64,000 nt of DNA from an uncultured delta proteobacterium (lineage in GTDB: Bacteria; Desulfobacterota; Binatia; HRBIN30; BPIQ01). This document shows, one piece after another, positions 10,464 to 24,255 of this stretch. The notes below the pieces were generated by a model, which was not told the origin of the DNA, did no database searches, and worked only from the letters and a program-made list of their open reading frames with translations. Numbering within the stretch: the stretch's first letter is position 1; each line of letters starts with the position of its first letter. Both the position numbers and the translations under genes were made by a program. The stretch covers positions 640,001 to 704,000 of the forward strand of contig CAVXGR010000012.1 of assembly GCA_963761335.1 (NCBI GenBank), in the 5' to 3' direction.

Positions 10464-11785
10464 GGGGTCGCCTCGGATTCGCTGTCGCGGTGGAACTGCC
10501 GGCGGAGAATCTCCTCCACCTGAAGCGAGACCGGCGCCGAGCGCATGCGCCCGACCAGCTCGTTGGCAAACGCGAAGATCAGCACGTCGCGGGCCGTGGC
10601 CGCGTCGATGCCGCGCGAGCGCAGGTAGAAGAGCGCGTCCTCGTCGAGTCGGCCGATGGTGGCGCCGTGACTGCACTTCACGTCGTCGGCGAAGATCTCC
10701 AGCTGCGGCTTGGTGTCGACCACGGCGTTGTCGGAGAGCAGCAGGTTCTTGTTCATCTGCTGCGCGTCGCTCTTCTGCGCCTGCGGCCGCACGTAGACCT
10801 TGCCGTTGAACACCGCCGTCGAGCGGCCGTCGAGGACGCCCTTGTAGAGCTCGCGGCTGCTGCAGTTGCCGGCCTGGTGATCGATGCTGGTGTGGTGGTC
10901 GGCGTGCTGGCGGCCGCCGACCATGTAGAGGCCGTCGAGGCTGCACTGCCCTCCCTCGCCGCCGAGAACGGTGCCGATGTCGGTGCGCACCAGGGCGCCG
11001 CCGAGGGACACCGAGAACGAGGCCAGGCGGCTGTCCCGCTCCTGGCGGACGTCGACGCGGCCGACGTGATAGGCGGTGTCGGCCTCGCGCTGAACCTTGT
11101 AATGGGCCAGCCCGGCGTTGGCGCCGAGGAAGACCTCGGTCACGCAGTTGGCGAAGTACACCGGTCCGGGCCCGCCGAGGTGCGTCTCGATCACCGTCGC
11201 CTCGGCGCTGCGGCCGAGGACGATGAGGACGCGCGGGTGCGAGACCACGGGCTCACCGTCGCCGCCGGAAATGAAGAGCAGGTGAATCGGCTCGTCGAGG
11301 CTCACGCCGTCGCCGATGGAGACGAGAGCGCCGTCGTCGATGAAGGCGGTGTTGAGCGAGGCGAAGGCGTCCTCGCCGGCGGCGCCGCCGAGATGCGGCT
11401 CGAGCGCCGCGTCGCCGTCGGCGAGAGCCGCCGCCAGGCTGGCGATCCGCACCCCCGCCGGCAGCGCCGGTGTCGAGGACAACGACGGCGCCAAGCGGCC
11501 GTTGAGAAATACCAGCTGCACCCCGACCGGCTCGCCCCCCCGCGGGCCGAGGCGGGCGGCGGCAACCAGGTCGCCGGCGCGCGCCGCGGCGAGTGGCGGC
11601 GCCGGCCGAAACGCGGTGCGCTCGATCGGCGCCACGTTGGTGTACTTCCACTCCTCCATGCGCGTGGTCGGGAAGCCGAGGTCGGCGAAGCGCGCCATCG
11701 CCTGGTCGCGCATCGTCCGCAGCCATTGCGGCGCCCGCCCGTTCAGCTCGCGCTGGCTCTGCCGATAGGAGTCGACGCTGCTCAT
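10460..11785 (-). CDS. sufD: Fe-S cluster assembly protein SufD
   Basis: [35 protein letters not shown]. Confidence 0.95.
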   Translation of the reverse strand: MSSVDSYRQSQRELNGRAPQWLRTMRDQAMARFADLGFPTTRMEEWKYTNVAPIERTAFRPAPPLAAARAGDLVAAARLGPRGGEPVGVQLVFLNGRLAPSLSSTPALPAGVRIASLAAALADGDAALEPHLGGAAGEDAFASLNTAFIDDGALVSIGDGVSLDEPIHLLFISGGDGEPVVSHPRVLIVLGRSAEATVIETHLGGPGPVYFANCVTEVFLGANAGLAHYKVQREADTAYHVGRVDVRQERDSRLASFSVSLGGALVRTDIGTVLGGEGGQCSLDGLYMVGGRQHADHHTSIDHQAGNCSSRELYKGVLDGRSTAVFNGKVYVRPQAQKSDAQQMNKNLLLSDNAVVDTKPQLEIFADDVKCSHGATIGRLDEDALFYLRSRGIDAATARDVLIFAFANELVGRMRSAPVSLQVEEILRRQFHRDSESEATP

Positions 11786-11795
11786 TGGCCGCCGC

Positions 11796-12572
11796 TCACA
11801 CCGCCGACGCTTCGGCGCGCTTCTCGATCTCGGCGTAGCCGGTGCGCTCGAGCTGCAGCGCCAGCTCCTTGCCGCCCGACTCGACGATGCGGCCGTTCAC
11901 CAGCACGTGCACGATGTCGGGCACCAGATAGTCGAGCAGGCGCTGGTAGTGGGTGACCACGATGACGGCGTGCTCCTCCTTGCGCAGGGCGTTCACCCCC
12001 TCGGCGACGATGCGCAGGGCGTCGATGTCGAGCCCCGAGTCGGTCTCGTCGAGGATCGCCAGCTTGGGGTCGAGGACCGCCATCTGCAGCACCTCGTTGC
12101 GCTTCTTCTCGCCGCCGGAGAAGCCCTCGTTGACCGAGCGCCGCAGCAGCGCCTCGTCCATGTCGACGAACTTCATCTTCTCGCGCAGCATGGAGAGGAA
12201 ATCCATGGCGTCGAGCGGCTCCAGGCCGCGGTGCTTGCGGATGGCGTTGAGCGCCGTGCGCAGGAAGTAGGAGTTGCCGACCCCGGGGATCTCCACGGGG
12301 TACTGGAACGCCAGGAACAGCCCCTCGCGGGCGCGCTCCTCGGGCGGCATGGAGAGCAGGTCCCGGCCTTCGAAGAGCGCCTCGCCGGCGGTCACCTGGT
12401 AGCCGTCGCGGCCGGCGAGCACGTGGGCGAAGGTGCTCTTGCCGGAGCCGTTGGGCCCCATGACCGCGTGCACCTCGCCGCGGCGGACGCTCAGATCGAT
12501 GCCGCGCAGGATCTCGGTGCCCTCGACGCTGGCGTGCAGATTTCTCACTTCGAGAATCGTTTCTCCACTCAT
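11796..12572 (-). CDS. sufC: Fe-S cluster assembly ATPase SufC
   Basis: GPNGSGKST, FQYPVEIPGV, FSGGEKKRNE, DETDSGLDID. Confidence 0.96.
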   Translation of the reverse strand: MSGETILEVRNLHASVEGTEILRGIDLSVRRGEVHAVMGPNGSGKSTFAHVLAGRDGYQVTAGEALFEGRDLLSMPPEERAREGLFLAFQYPVEIPGVGNSYFLRTALNAIRKHRGLEPLDAMDFLSMLREKMKFVDMDEALLRRSVNEGFSGGEKKRNEVLQMAVLDPKLAILDETDSGLDIDALRIVAEGVNALRKEEHAVIVVTHYQRLLDYLVPDIVHVLVNGRIVESGGKELALQLERTGYAEIEKRAEASAV

Positions 12573-12599
12573 TTTCGCGTTCCCAACGGCGCCCAGCCT

Positions 12600-14048
<1,449 letters not shown>

Positions 14049-14070
14049 TCTCTCTTGCGTCCTCCGGAAA

Positions 14071-14553
14071 CTAGCGGGGCAAAGCCATGGCGGCGAGGGG
14101 CGCCCTCGCCCCGCCGCTCGCCTCGGCCACCGGCAGCGGCCCCGGCGATCGCTCCGCGACCATGGTCGCCAGGGTCACGCCGTCGAGCGCCTGGCGGATG
14201 GCGCGGTTGATGGTGAGCCAGTGGCCGCGCACCGGGCAGCGGGTCTCGTACTCGCAGTCGCCGGACGGCTGCGAGGTGCACACCGTGAGGGCCACCGGCC
14301 CCTCCAGGGCACTGATGATGTCGGCCATGGAGATGCCCTCCGGCGGCCGCGCCAGGTCGTAGCCGCCCTTGGCGCCGCGGTGGGAGACCAGCAGGCCCTC
14401 CCGGGCCAGCACCTTCATCAGCTTGCTCACCGTCGGCTGCGGCAGATGGGCGCCGGCGGCGACCTCCGTCGCATTGTGGGTCTGGGTCCGATGCGCCGCC
14501 ATGTAGCTCATCAGAACCACGCCGTAGTCGGTCAGGCGACCGATGCGAATCAT
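14071..14553 (-). CDS. Rrf2/IscR-like SUF system transcriptional regulator
   Basis: [13 protein letters not shown] wing; three Cys plus His ([20 protein letters not shown]); heads the suf operon. Confidence 0.9.
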   Translation of the reverse strand: MIRIGRLTDYGVVLMSYMAAHRTQTHNATEVAAGAHLPQPTVSKLMKVLAREGLLVSHRGAKGGYDLARPPEGISMADIISALEGPVALTVCTSQPSGDCEYETRCPVRGHWLTINRAIRQALDGVTLATMVAERSPGPLPVAEASGGARAPLAAMALPR

Positions 14554-14562
14554 ACGCGCTCC

Positions 14563-14587
14563 ATATCGGACTAGTTTGGTCTTGTTT
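14563..14587 (-). promoter_or_regulatory. Putative IscR type-1-like autoregulatory operator
   Basis: Minus strand AAACAAGACCAAACTAGTCCGATAT (GAC-N7-GTC core) just upstream of the regulator ATG. Confidence 0.45.
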
Positions 14588-14612
14588 AACTAGCATATCG
14601 GCGGGGTCGTGC

Positions 14613-14849
14613 AACCGCCAAGGGAAAAGAGAGTGAAAAAAAGCGGCCCCCGAGAAAGAGAACCGCAGAGGGGAAAGAGAGGGGCAACGGAGAGATCGCC
14701 GAGAGAGACTGACTACTTGAGGAGTGAAATCTTGGGGATATCGATACGCCCCCCTTTGTCTCTCTCTGCGGCCTCTCAGTCTTCTCTCGTCTTCCTCTGC
14801 GGTCTTTCTTTGCGGTCTTTCCTTTCTTCTCTCTTTTCCCTTGGCGGTT
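14613..14849. repeat. Family F purine/pyrimidine-skewed inverted repeat (AACCGCCAAGGGAAAAGAGAG...)
   Basis: A/G-rich left half, C/T-rich right half, matching termini; related copy at 23948-24255. Confidence 0.8.
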
Positions 14850-14893
14850 CCGCGGGTTGCGCAGCCCGCCCCGCTGCCGTACATCCTCCTCGC

Positions 14894-16516
14894 ATGCCCA
14901 GGCGCCCGCGCCTTTCCCCGCCGCCGGTCGCCCCGGCGCTCGATCGCTCCGCGGCCCTGGTGATCTTCGCCGCGGCGCTGGCACTGCGCCTCGCCTATAC
15001 CTTTTCCATCCGGGGCACCTACTTCTTCCAGCACCTGCAGGTGAACGCGGAGCGCTACCACGACTGGGCGCTGGCGATCCTGCGCGGCGCCGGGGCGCCG
15101 CGGCCGCCGTTCGAGCAGCCGCCCGGCTACCCGTATATCGTCGCCCTCGTCTACGCCGTCGCCGGAGCCCAGCCGCTGGCCGTGGTGCTCGTGCAGGCGG
15201 TGCTCGGCGCCGCCACCTGCGTCCTCATCGCCGCCGCCACGGCCGCCGTCTTCGGCCGCCGTGCCGCGATCGCCGCCGGGGCTCTCGGCGCCGCCTACGG
15301 GCCATTCATTTACTTCGGCGGAGAGCTCCTGCCGGAGACCCTCTTCGTGCTCCTCGCCGCCGCCGCCGTGGCCGCGGCTCTCTCGGCCTCGCCGCGGCGC
15401 TGGTTGCTCTCGGGCTGCCTGTGGGCGGCGACCCTGCTGGTGCGCTCCAACGCCGTCCTCGCCTTTCCGCTGGCGCTTCTCGACGCGCGTCTGCGCGGCG
15501 GCGCCGCGGCCCTGAGGCGCGCCGCCGCGCCCCTGGTGGTGGCGATCGCCGGCTTCGCCCTTCTCAACATCTTCGCCGGCGGCAGCCCGGTGGCCTTGAC
15601 CACCAGCGGCGGTCTCAACCTGTGGCTCGGCAACAACCCGCACGCCGACGGCGTCAACCCGTTCGTCTACGGCCCGCTCGAACCGGTCGCCGACTGGGTG
15701 CGCTCGCAGGCGAAAAGCGCCGTCGAGGCGGACGGCCTCTTCCGCGCCCGGGCACGGCGCTTCTGGGCGGAGCAGCCGGCGGCGGCACTGGCCCTCGCCT
15801 GGAAGAAGTTCCTGTGGACCTGGACGAGCCGCGAGCTACCCAACAACAGCGACATCGAGTGGAAGAGAGCCCACAGCTGGCTCTTCCGCCTGCCACTCTT
15901 GCCGCTCGGCTTCGGCTTCATCCTGCCGCTCGCCTGTGCCGGCGCCGTGCTCGGCTGGGCGCAGCGGCGCCAGCTGCTCGCCTTCCTGCCGCTGCTCGGC
16001 GCCGGCCTCGGCACCTGTGTGATCTTCTTCACCAATGCGCGTTTCCGTCTCGTCCTCGCGCCCGCGCTTCTGCCGCTGGCGGCGGCGGCTCTGGAGCGGG
16101 CGCCGGCGCTGCTGCGGCACTGGCGCCAGCGCCGCAGCACCCTGGCAGCGGCGGGCGCCGCGACGGCCGTGGGGATCGTCCTCGCCTGGGGGGGCTTCTA
16201 CGGCGTCGATCGCTACGCGATTCCGCAGATCGCCGTGAACACCGGCATCTCCGAGCGCCAGGCCGGCCATTTCGCCGAGGCCGCGGCGCAGCTGCGCCGC
16301 GGCCTGGCGCTCTATCCCGGCGACCCCATCGGCTGGATCCACCTGGCCCTCGCGCTCGAGCAGGGCGGCGACGCCAGCGGCGCCGGGCGCGCCTACCTCG
16401 ACGGCCTCGCCCAGAACCCCGACGACCCGCAGCTCCGCGAGATGGCGTCGCGCTTCGCGCGGCGCCACGGGCTCGACCTGAAGGAGGAAGGAGAGGAGGA
16501 GGAGAAGGGAATGTAA
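14894..16516 (+). CDS. GT-C (ArnT/PMT-like) membrane glycosyltransferase with C-terminal TPR
   Basis: Multi-TM; ERYHDWA, QPPGYPY, GGLNLWLGNNP, NARFRL; TPR-like tail. Confidence 0.8.
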   Translation: MPRRPRLSPPPVAPALDRSAALVIFAAALALRLAYTFSIRGTYFFQHLQVNAERYHDWALAILRGAGAPRPPFEQPPGYPYIVALVYAVAGAQPLAVVLVQAVLGAATCVLIAAATAAVFGRRAAIAAGALGAAYGPFIYFGGELLPETLFVLLAAAAVAAALSASPRRWLLSGCLWAATLLVRSNAVLAFPLALLDARLRGGAAALRRAAAPLVVAIAGFALLNIFAGGSPVALTTSGGLNLWLGNNPHADGVNPFVYGPLEPVADWVRSQAKSAVEADGLFRARARRFWAEQPAAALALAWKKFLWTWTSRELPNNSDIEWKRAHSWLFRLPLLPLGFGFILPLACAGAVLGWAQRRQLLAFLPLLGAGLGTCVIFFTNARFRLVLAPALLPLAAAALERAPALLRHWRQRRSTLAAAGAATAVGIVLAWGGFYGVDRYAIPQIAVNTGISERQAGHFAEAAAQLRRGLALYPGDPIGWIHLALALEQGGDASGAGRAYLDGLAQNPDDPQLREMASRFARRHGLDLKEEGEEEEKGM

Positions 16517-16630
16517 AATGAAGAACCGGTGACCGGTGATGGAGAACCGGTAAACGGGCCCCGCGCCCCCCGCCGGTTCTGAATTCTCCATCACCGGTCA
16601 CCGGTTCTTCATTTTACATTCTCTTCTCTT
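16503..16630. repeat. Family C inverted repeat pair overlapping both flanking stop codons
   Basis: AATGTAAAATGAAGAACCGGTGACCGGTGATGGAGAA and its reverse complement. Confidence 0.85.
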
Positions 16631-18113
16631 CCCGCCGCAGCGGCCTTCCCGGACGCGCGCCGGTGGGGGCGCCGTCGGCGACCACGGCGATGCCGTTGAC
16701 GAAGACGAAGCGGATGCCGCGCGGGTAGCACCGCGGCTGCTGGTATGTGCCGGTGTCGGCGATGGTGCCGGCGTCGAAGAGCACCAGGTCGGCGTAGGCA
16801 CCGGGGCGCAGCACGCCGCGGTCGACGAGGCCGAACTTGGCCGCCGGAAAGCCGGTCATGCGATGCACGGCCGCCTCCAGCGACAGCACCCCGCGCTCGC
16901 GCACATAGCGGCCGAGGACGCGGGGAAAGGTGCCGTACAGGCGCGGGTGCGGCTTGCCGCCGCCGGGGACGCCGTCGGAGCCGATCATCGTCGTCCTGTG
17001 ACGCATGACGGTGCAGACGTCGTCCTCGTCCATCGACTCGATCACCGCCACCGCACCCGGCTCCTCGCGCAGCACGTCGCGGGCGGCGTCCTCCGGCGAC
17101 AGCCGGCGCTGCTCGCATATCTCCTGCAGGCTCATGCCCTCGAGCTGCGGGCGGCGCGGCACCGAGGCGAGCAGCACGTCCCTGGCCTCGAGACGCCCGA
17201 GGCCGCCCGGGCTGCCGGCGGTGCCGAGCGCGTTGTTCTGCAGGATGGCGAACAGCACCGTGCTGCCGCTGGTGTACGGATACTGGTCGGCGGTGACCTC
17301 GAGACCGCGGCGGCGCGCCGCTTCGATGAGGCGCAGCGACTCGTGCACCCGGCCCCAGTTCTCCTTGCCCGAGGCCTTGTGGTGCGAGATCTGCACCGGC
17401 ACCCCGGCCTCCTCGCCGACGCGCAGCGCCTCCTCCACCGCCGCCAGCAGACCCGCCGCCTCGTCGCGCATGTGGGTGGCGTAGAGCCCGCCCGAGCCGC
17501 GCATCTCGCCGGCCAGCTCGACGATCTCCGCAGTGGTGGCGTAGCGCCCCGGCTCGTAGATGAGCCCGGTGGAGAGGCCCGCGGCGCCGGCCTCGATGCC
17601 TTCGCGCAGCATGGCCGCCATGGCGCGCATCTCGCCGCCGTCCGGGGCCCGCTGGGCTCCGCCCATGGCGGCATAGCGCAGCGTCCCGTGGCCCACCAGC
17701 GCCACCACGTTCAGGCTCGGCGGCTCCTCCTCGAGCCGCCGCAGATAGCCGGCGTAGCCGCGCCACTCGGGAAGGCGGGCTTCGGGGTGAAAGCTGCGGA
17801 ACATGGCGCTGGCCACCGGGTGCGGCGCGGCGCCGAGGCCGCAGTTGCCGACGACCTCGGTGGTGACCCCCTGCATCACCTTGAAGTCCATGTCCGGGGT
17901 GACCAGCACCGCCAGGTCGTCGTGGCTGTGGACGTCGATGAATCCCGGCGCCAGGGTGAGCCCGCGCCCGTCGATCTCGCGGTCGCCGGGGCTCGCCGCC
18001 GCCGGCCCGACGGCGGCGATCCGCTCCCCGCAAACGGTGACGTCGGCGACCAACGGCGCCGCCCCGGTGCCGTCGCAGACGGCGGCGCCGCGGATGATCA
18101 GCTGCGAGGCCAT
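16614..18113 (-). CDS. N-acyl-D-amino-acid deacylase (amidohydrolase)
   Basis: APGFIDVHSHDD, VVGNCG, YATHMRDE, ISHHK, DQYPY, HPRLYGTFPR. Confidence 0.92.
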   Translation of the reverse strand: MASQLIIRGAAVCDGTGAAPLVADVTVCGERIAAVGPAAASPGDREIDGRGLTLAPGFIDVHSHDDLAVLVTPDMDFKVMQGVTTEVVGNCGLGAAPHPVASAMFRSFHPEARLPEWRGYAGYLRRLEEEPPSLNVVALVGHGTLRYAAMGGAQRAPDGGEMRAMAAMLREGIEAGAAGLSTGLIYEPGRYATTAEIVELAGEMRGSGGLYATHMRDEAAGLLAAVEEALRVGEEAGVPVQISHHKASGKENWGRVHESLRLIEAARRRGLEVTADQYPYTSGSTVLFAILQNNALGTAGSPGGLGRLEARDVLLASVPRRPQLEGMSLQEICEQRRLSPEDAARDVLREEPGAVAVIESMDEDDVCTVMRHRTTMIGSDGVPGGGKPHPRLYGTFPRVLGRYVRERGVLSLEAAVHRMTGFPAAKFGLVDRGVLRPGAYADLVLFDAGTIADTGTYQQPRCYPRGIRFVFVNGIAVVADGAPTGARPGRPLRREEKRM

Positions 18114-18132
18114 GCCTCGCAATGGGGGGGCT

Positions 18133-18402
18133 GGGGACAGTGCGTCATGAGCCTTTGCGGCTCACCAACAGACGATGAAAATGGACGGCGTCTTGATTCA
18201 CTGATCAGACGCTTGCGATGATACTTCCGCGCCGCGGGGCGGGTCTCCTCTCCCCGCATCTTTCCGCGGGGAGAGGATCAAGGTGAGGGGTTCCTGTCTC
18301 ACTGAAAGCTCGTGAATCTCCACGGCCTTCACGCGGCACCCTGGCCCTGCCCCCCGCCAACTGATGCGGGAGAGGGAACGCGCCCCCGGAGCGCACACCC
18401 CC
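18133..18402 (+). mobile_element. Element M copy (right end truncated) with family B hairpins
   Basis: GGGGACAG|TGCGTCATGAGCC...GATGAAAATGG; closely matches the units at 32509-33361. Confidence 0.75.
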
Positions 18403-18406
18403 TTTC

Positions 18407-19597
<1,191 letters not shown>

Positions 19598-19679
19598 GAC
19601 TTCCTCCCCAGGGCCCCGGAGGGCACGAGATATGATGTCGCACTGTGGCAACTGCGCCGCTGCAGCGCAACTGGGGGCG

Positions 19680-20403
19680 GAGGATGGGGTGCTGTCGGTG
19701 TTGGGGGATCGTGCTCGCGCTCGCGAAGGGTGCTCGGCTCGTCCCCGCATTCTTCCTACGGCCGCGGGGAGATCCGGAGCGGGGAGGAAGAAAATGTAAA
19801 ATGGTGAACCGGTGACCGGTGATGGAGAACCGGGCAACGGATCGATCGGGCTAGAGGGATCGGCGCCCGCCCGTGAAAATGAGGGGCAGTCGTGCAAAGT
19901 CGGGCAACCCTTCCTAAGGACAGTACCGTGCCCGAGGCTGGGGTGCTGAGGTGTTGGGTGTTGGGTATCGTGCTCGCGCTCGCGGAGACGCGTGGCCTCG
20001 TGATCGGGGTGCCGGAGCCGCGGCCGCGACGGGATTCCCCGAGGGCGACTACGCTGCCGAGTACGATTGCGAGCACGAGGCAAAGTAGAGGAGGCGTCCC
20101 GCCTCCTCAGGGGCGGCCGGGGTCGGGGGGGATCGCCCTCGTGCTCGGCGACACCAGCCGGGGCTGGTTGGATGGAAGAAAATGTAAAATGGAGAGCCGC
20201 TGACCGGTGATGGAGAACCGGCCAACGGGATCGATTGGGCTCGACGAGTCGGCGCGCTTCGCCCGCGAATGAGGGTCTGCTCTCAGGCAACCCTTGCGCG
20301 GTACCCGCGGCCGTCAGTGACGATTACGAGTACGATTACACACGAGCACCGCTTCGCTGAACACCGAGCACCCGCATACCCTCAACACCTCAACACCCAG
20401 CAT
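19680..20403. repeat. Degenerate nested repeat cluster (family C arms, GAGCAC/GATTAC hexamer arms, GTAG hairpin)
   Basis: Family C arms at 19786 and 20174 followed by similar sequence; GTAGAGGAGGCGTCCCGCCTCCTC at ~20084; arms shared with 48255-48617. Confidence 0.6.
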
Positions 20404-20412
20404 CTCCCCCCG

Positions 20413-22630
20413 TCACTCGACTCCGTAGCCGAGGGCGCGCAGGCGTTCGCGGGTCGCGGGGTCGAGCGCCGGCGCCGGCGCCGGCTTCACCGCCGGCGAC
20501 GCATGCGAGCCCGGACCCTTCTCGAGCAGGGCTTGCATGCGGCGGAGCGTCGCCGCGTCCTTCTCCGCCAGGTTCACCGTCTCGCCCGGGTCGCTGGCGT
20601 CGTCGAAAAGCTCCCACTCCGGCCGCCGCCCGAGCTCGACGGACACATCGCCGTGGTTGTGAATCAGCTTCCAGCTTCCGGAGACCACGGCCTCCATCTT
20701 CGGCACCAGGTCTTTCTTCGCACCGTCGAGCATCGGGCGGCGCACCAGGTAGTACGGCCGCGCCGAGCCGGTGTCCCCGTTGCGAATCTGCGGCAGCAGA
20801 TCGATCCCCGACATCGACGCATCGGCCGGCAGGCCGGCGAGCGCCTGCAGCGTCGGCGCCACGTCGATCAGCCCCACCGGGCCGCGCACGTGAGCGCCGG
20901 CCGGCAGCGCCGGCGGATAGGACATGATCAGCGGCACGTCGACGAGCTCGGCGTAGAGCGACTGCGAGTGACCCAGGAACTTGTGCTCGAGGAACTCCTC
21001 GCCGTGGTCGGCGGTGACCACCAGCACCGTGCTCTGCCGTAGATTTTTCTGCTCCAGAGCGTCAACGATGCGCCCGAACTGCGCGTCGCAGTTGGCGACG
21101 GCGAGGTCGTAGAGGTTACGCGCCACACCGATCACCTCCTTCGCCTCCTCGGGCGGCATGCGCTGGATCGGGCTCAGGCGACCGGCTCCCTGTCCAAACT
21201 CGGGCAGGCTTGCGGCGTGCCAGCGCGCGATCGCCCTCGGGCCAATCCGGACGCGCAAAATCGCTTCGCTCCGGGCGGCGGCACGGTGCGCGGCGCGTGC
21301 GGGTCGAGCACGTGAACGTAAAGGAAGAAGCGCTCCCCGGCGTGTTTCTCGATCCAGGGGAGAGCGCACGTCGTTGGCAGCAGTCGGAGCTAGCACCCGG
21401 CGCGCTTCCTGCTGCGGCACGTTCTCGGGCATTCACGTCGATCAGCTCGCTGAACCCCCTGGTGGTCCCGTTGGCCGGGCAGACCATCGGATTGGCGATG
21501 ATCGCCGCCGTGGTGTACCCGGCATCGCGAAAATGCTCCGCCAGGGTAGTCAGCGAACGGCGGCAGAACATCGCTGGGATAGACCTCACCGTGTTCCATC
21601 ACGGCGCGCCCAGTGAAGAGGGACGCGATCGACGGCAGGGTCCAGGAAGCCGCCGCGAAAACGCGGTCGAAGACCACGCCGCTGCGCGCCACTGCGTCGA
21701 ACCGCGGCGTCCCCTTGCCGCCGCCGTAGACGCCGACGGCGTCGGCGCGCAGGGTGTCGACCAGGTAGACGAGGACACTCGGGATGTTCCGCCGTCGCCC
21801 GGCGCAGCGGCTGCACCGACCACACGAGCAGAGCCGGGCTTTTCTCCGGGCTCGACGGCGATCTGCAGTCGGCTGAACGGGCCTCCTGTATCATCGGGGA
21901 AGTTGAACACCTGGTCGCGCCACTGATCCGGCTCGCCGGGCTCGACCGTTCCCAGATCCTGCAACGGTCCCTTCTCATCAGCTCGCCCGGCGCGGAGACG
22001 CACGCGGCCGGCGCCCGCCTCGGACGCCAGCGCGGTGATGCGCACTCCGCTGAGCGCCGCGGAGTCGATCGCCATCTCCGCCTCCGCCGGAGGCACGCAT
22101 ACCTCCGCGTCCAACATGGTGCGCGCCCCGGCGCTGATAGCGATCGCGGTAGCAGCGCCCCTTGCCGGGTCGCAGGATCTCGGCGAAATCGATCTGCAGC
22201 GCTGCGCCTCCCGCCGGTCCTTGGGCGCCACGACGACACGCTGCCCTTGCCCCTTGGGCAGCGGCGACGGCGAACTAGCTGCGGCACCGAGCGGCGCATC
22301 GGCTCGATGGTCGGCTACCGAGCGTGAGCAAGCGGTTGTCCCAGAGGACCTGCACCGGCCCGTTGGCGCGGACCCGCAGAACGAGGGTTGCCCCTTTGCC
22401 CACGTCGATGACTGGGCTGGCAAGCTCTTCCCGGAGACGACCCTGCCGCCGATACGCCCGCGCGCCGGCTTCCACGCCTTCGTCAACGTATCGCCGGCCC
22501 AGCACTCGGTGCGGCCGGCGCAGCTGAACGACTCCCCCAGCGCCAGATCGCCGCCGGCCGCCGAGGCTGCCGCCGGCGCGATCGCTGCGATCAGAAGGAT
22601 GAGGGCGTGTCGGGCGAGCCGTGCGTGCAT
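20413..22630 (-). pseudogene. Secreted sulfatase-like (alkaline phosphatase superfamily) protein, multiply frameshifted
   Basis: Fragments in different frames: signal peptide, LVDTLRAD, SWTLPSIASLFTG, VTADHGEEFLEH..GH, DVAPTL, RERLRALGY. Confidence 0.75.
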
Positions 22631-22766
22631 CGAGAGGAACTCAGAGTCTTGTAGGCGATGTGGCGGGGCGATCAAGTCGGCCCCCCGACACCGACACCTC
22701 GCCAGTCTCGCAGCCAATACCCTCCGCATTTTGATGAGTGCCGCCGAAGCGTGTAGTTGAACGGCG

Positions 22767-23950
22767 ATGCCGCGGTCCGATCCCCAGCAGCGTCCTCTCC
22801 TCTGGCGGCTCTACGCGTTCGTGCGCGCCGTGGCTCTGCGCTTTTACAGCGACAACTGCCTGATGCACGCCTCGGCGCTGGCCTACACCTCGCTGCTCTC
22901 GGTGGTGCCGCTGATGGCGCTGATGTTCGCGGCGCTCAAGGGCCTCGGGGTGCAGCGGCGGCTCGAGCCGCTGCTGCTCTCGCGCCTGGCGCTCGATCCG
23001 GCGGTCAGCCAGCAGATCATCTCCTACATCGACCGCACCAACGTCGCCACCCTCGGGGCGCTGGGCGCCGCCTTCCTGGTGCTCACCGTCATCAGCGTCC
23101 TCGGCAGCATCGAGGCCAGCTTCAACTACATCTGGCGGGTGCACCGCAGCCGCAACCTGTGGCGCAAGGTGACCGACTACGTCGGCACCGTGCTGCTCAC
23201 GCCCTTCCTCCTGCTGGCGGCGGTGGCGATCACCTCCTCGTCCGCGAGCAGTCGCTGCTGCAGTGGGTCCTGCACACGGAGTACGTGGGCGACGCCGTCC
23301 TGCGCCTCCTGCGCCTGGCGCCGGTGTTCATCAACATCGCGGCGCTGGCGGTGCTCTATGCGGTCATGCCGAACCGCCGGCCGCACCCGCAGGCGGTGCT
23401 GGTCGCCGCCACCGTCGGCGGCATCACCTGGCAGCTGCTGCAGTGGGGCTACGTGTCGCTGCAGTTCGGCGTGGCGCGCTACAGCGCCATCTATGGCGCC
23501 CTCGCCCAGGTGCCGGTGACGCTGGTGTGGCTGTACCTGAGCTGGGCGGTGATCCTCGCCGGCGCCGAGGTGGCGGCGGTCTACGAGCTCGGCGCCGTGC
23601 ACGGCCCGCGGTTGCCGGGCTGGGCGATCGGCGTGGCGCTCCTGCTGCGCGCCGCCGAGAGCTTCCGCGGCGGGGGCGGCGGCGTCGATCCGCACCTGGT
23701 CGCCGGCGAGCTGCGCCTCTCCACCGAGGACGTCGCCCAGGTCGCCGAGGGGCTGCGCGCCGGCGGCATGCTGGCGGCGATCGAGGACTCGCCCCGCTAT
23801 CTGCTGGCCCGCGATCCGGCGACCATCGACCTCGCCCAGGTGCGCGCCCTGCTCGAGCCGATACCCCTGCCGCCCGGAGCCGATCCCCGGCTGGCGCGGC
23901 TCGTCGAGCAGAGCCGCGAGCACCGCTCCCTGGAGGAGGCGATGAAATAG
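22767..23950 (+). CDS. YihY/BrkB family membrane protein with C-terminal HTH; one frameshift near 23243
   Basis: ASALAYTSLLSVVP, IEASFNYIWRV in one frame; YSAIYGALAQVPVTLVWLYLSW..GAE in the next. Confidence 0.85.
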
Positions 23951-24255
23951 CCGCCAAGGGAATAACCGCCAAGGGAAAAGAGAGAGGAAAAGAAAGGGCG
24001 CAAAGAAAAGAGAACCGCAGAGGGGAAGAAAGAGAGAGAAAGAGGGATCGCAGAGAAGAAGAGAAGGACGGGAAGAAGGAGTATTCTCGTGGCTTCTTGC
24101 CCGTCTCTGCGCCCTCTCTTCTTCCTCTCTGTTCCCTCTGCGGTTCCTCTTCTCTCTCTTCTTCTTTGCGCCCTTTCTTTTCCTCTCTCTTTTCCCTTGG
24201 CGGTTCTCTTCTCTCTGCGCTCTTTCTTTTCCTCTCTCTTTTCCCTTGGCGGTTA
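23948..24255. repeat. Family F inverted repeat between convergent genes
   Basis: Duplicated CCGCCAAGGGAA arms on the left and TTCCCTTGGCGGTT arms on the right. Confidence 0.85.
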
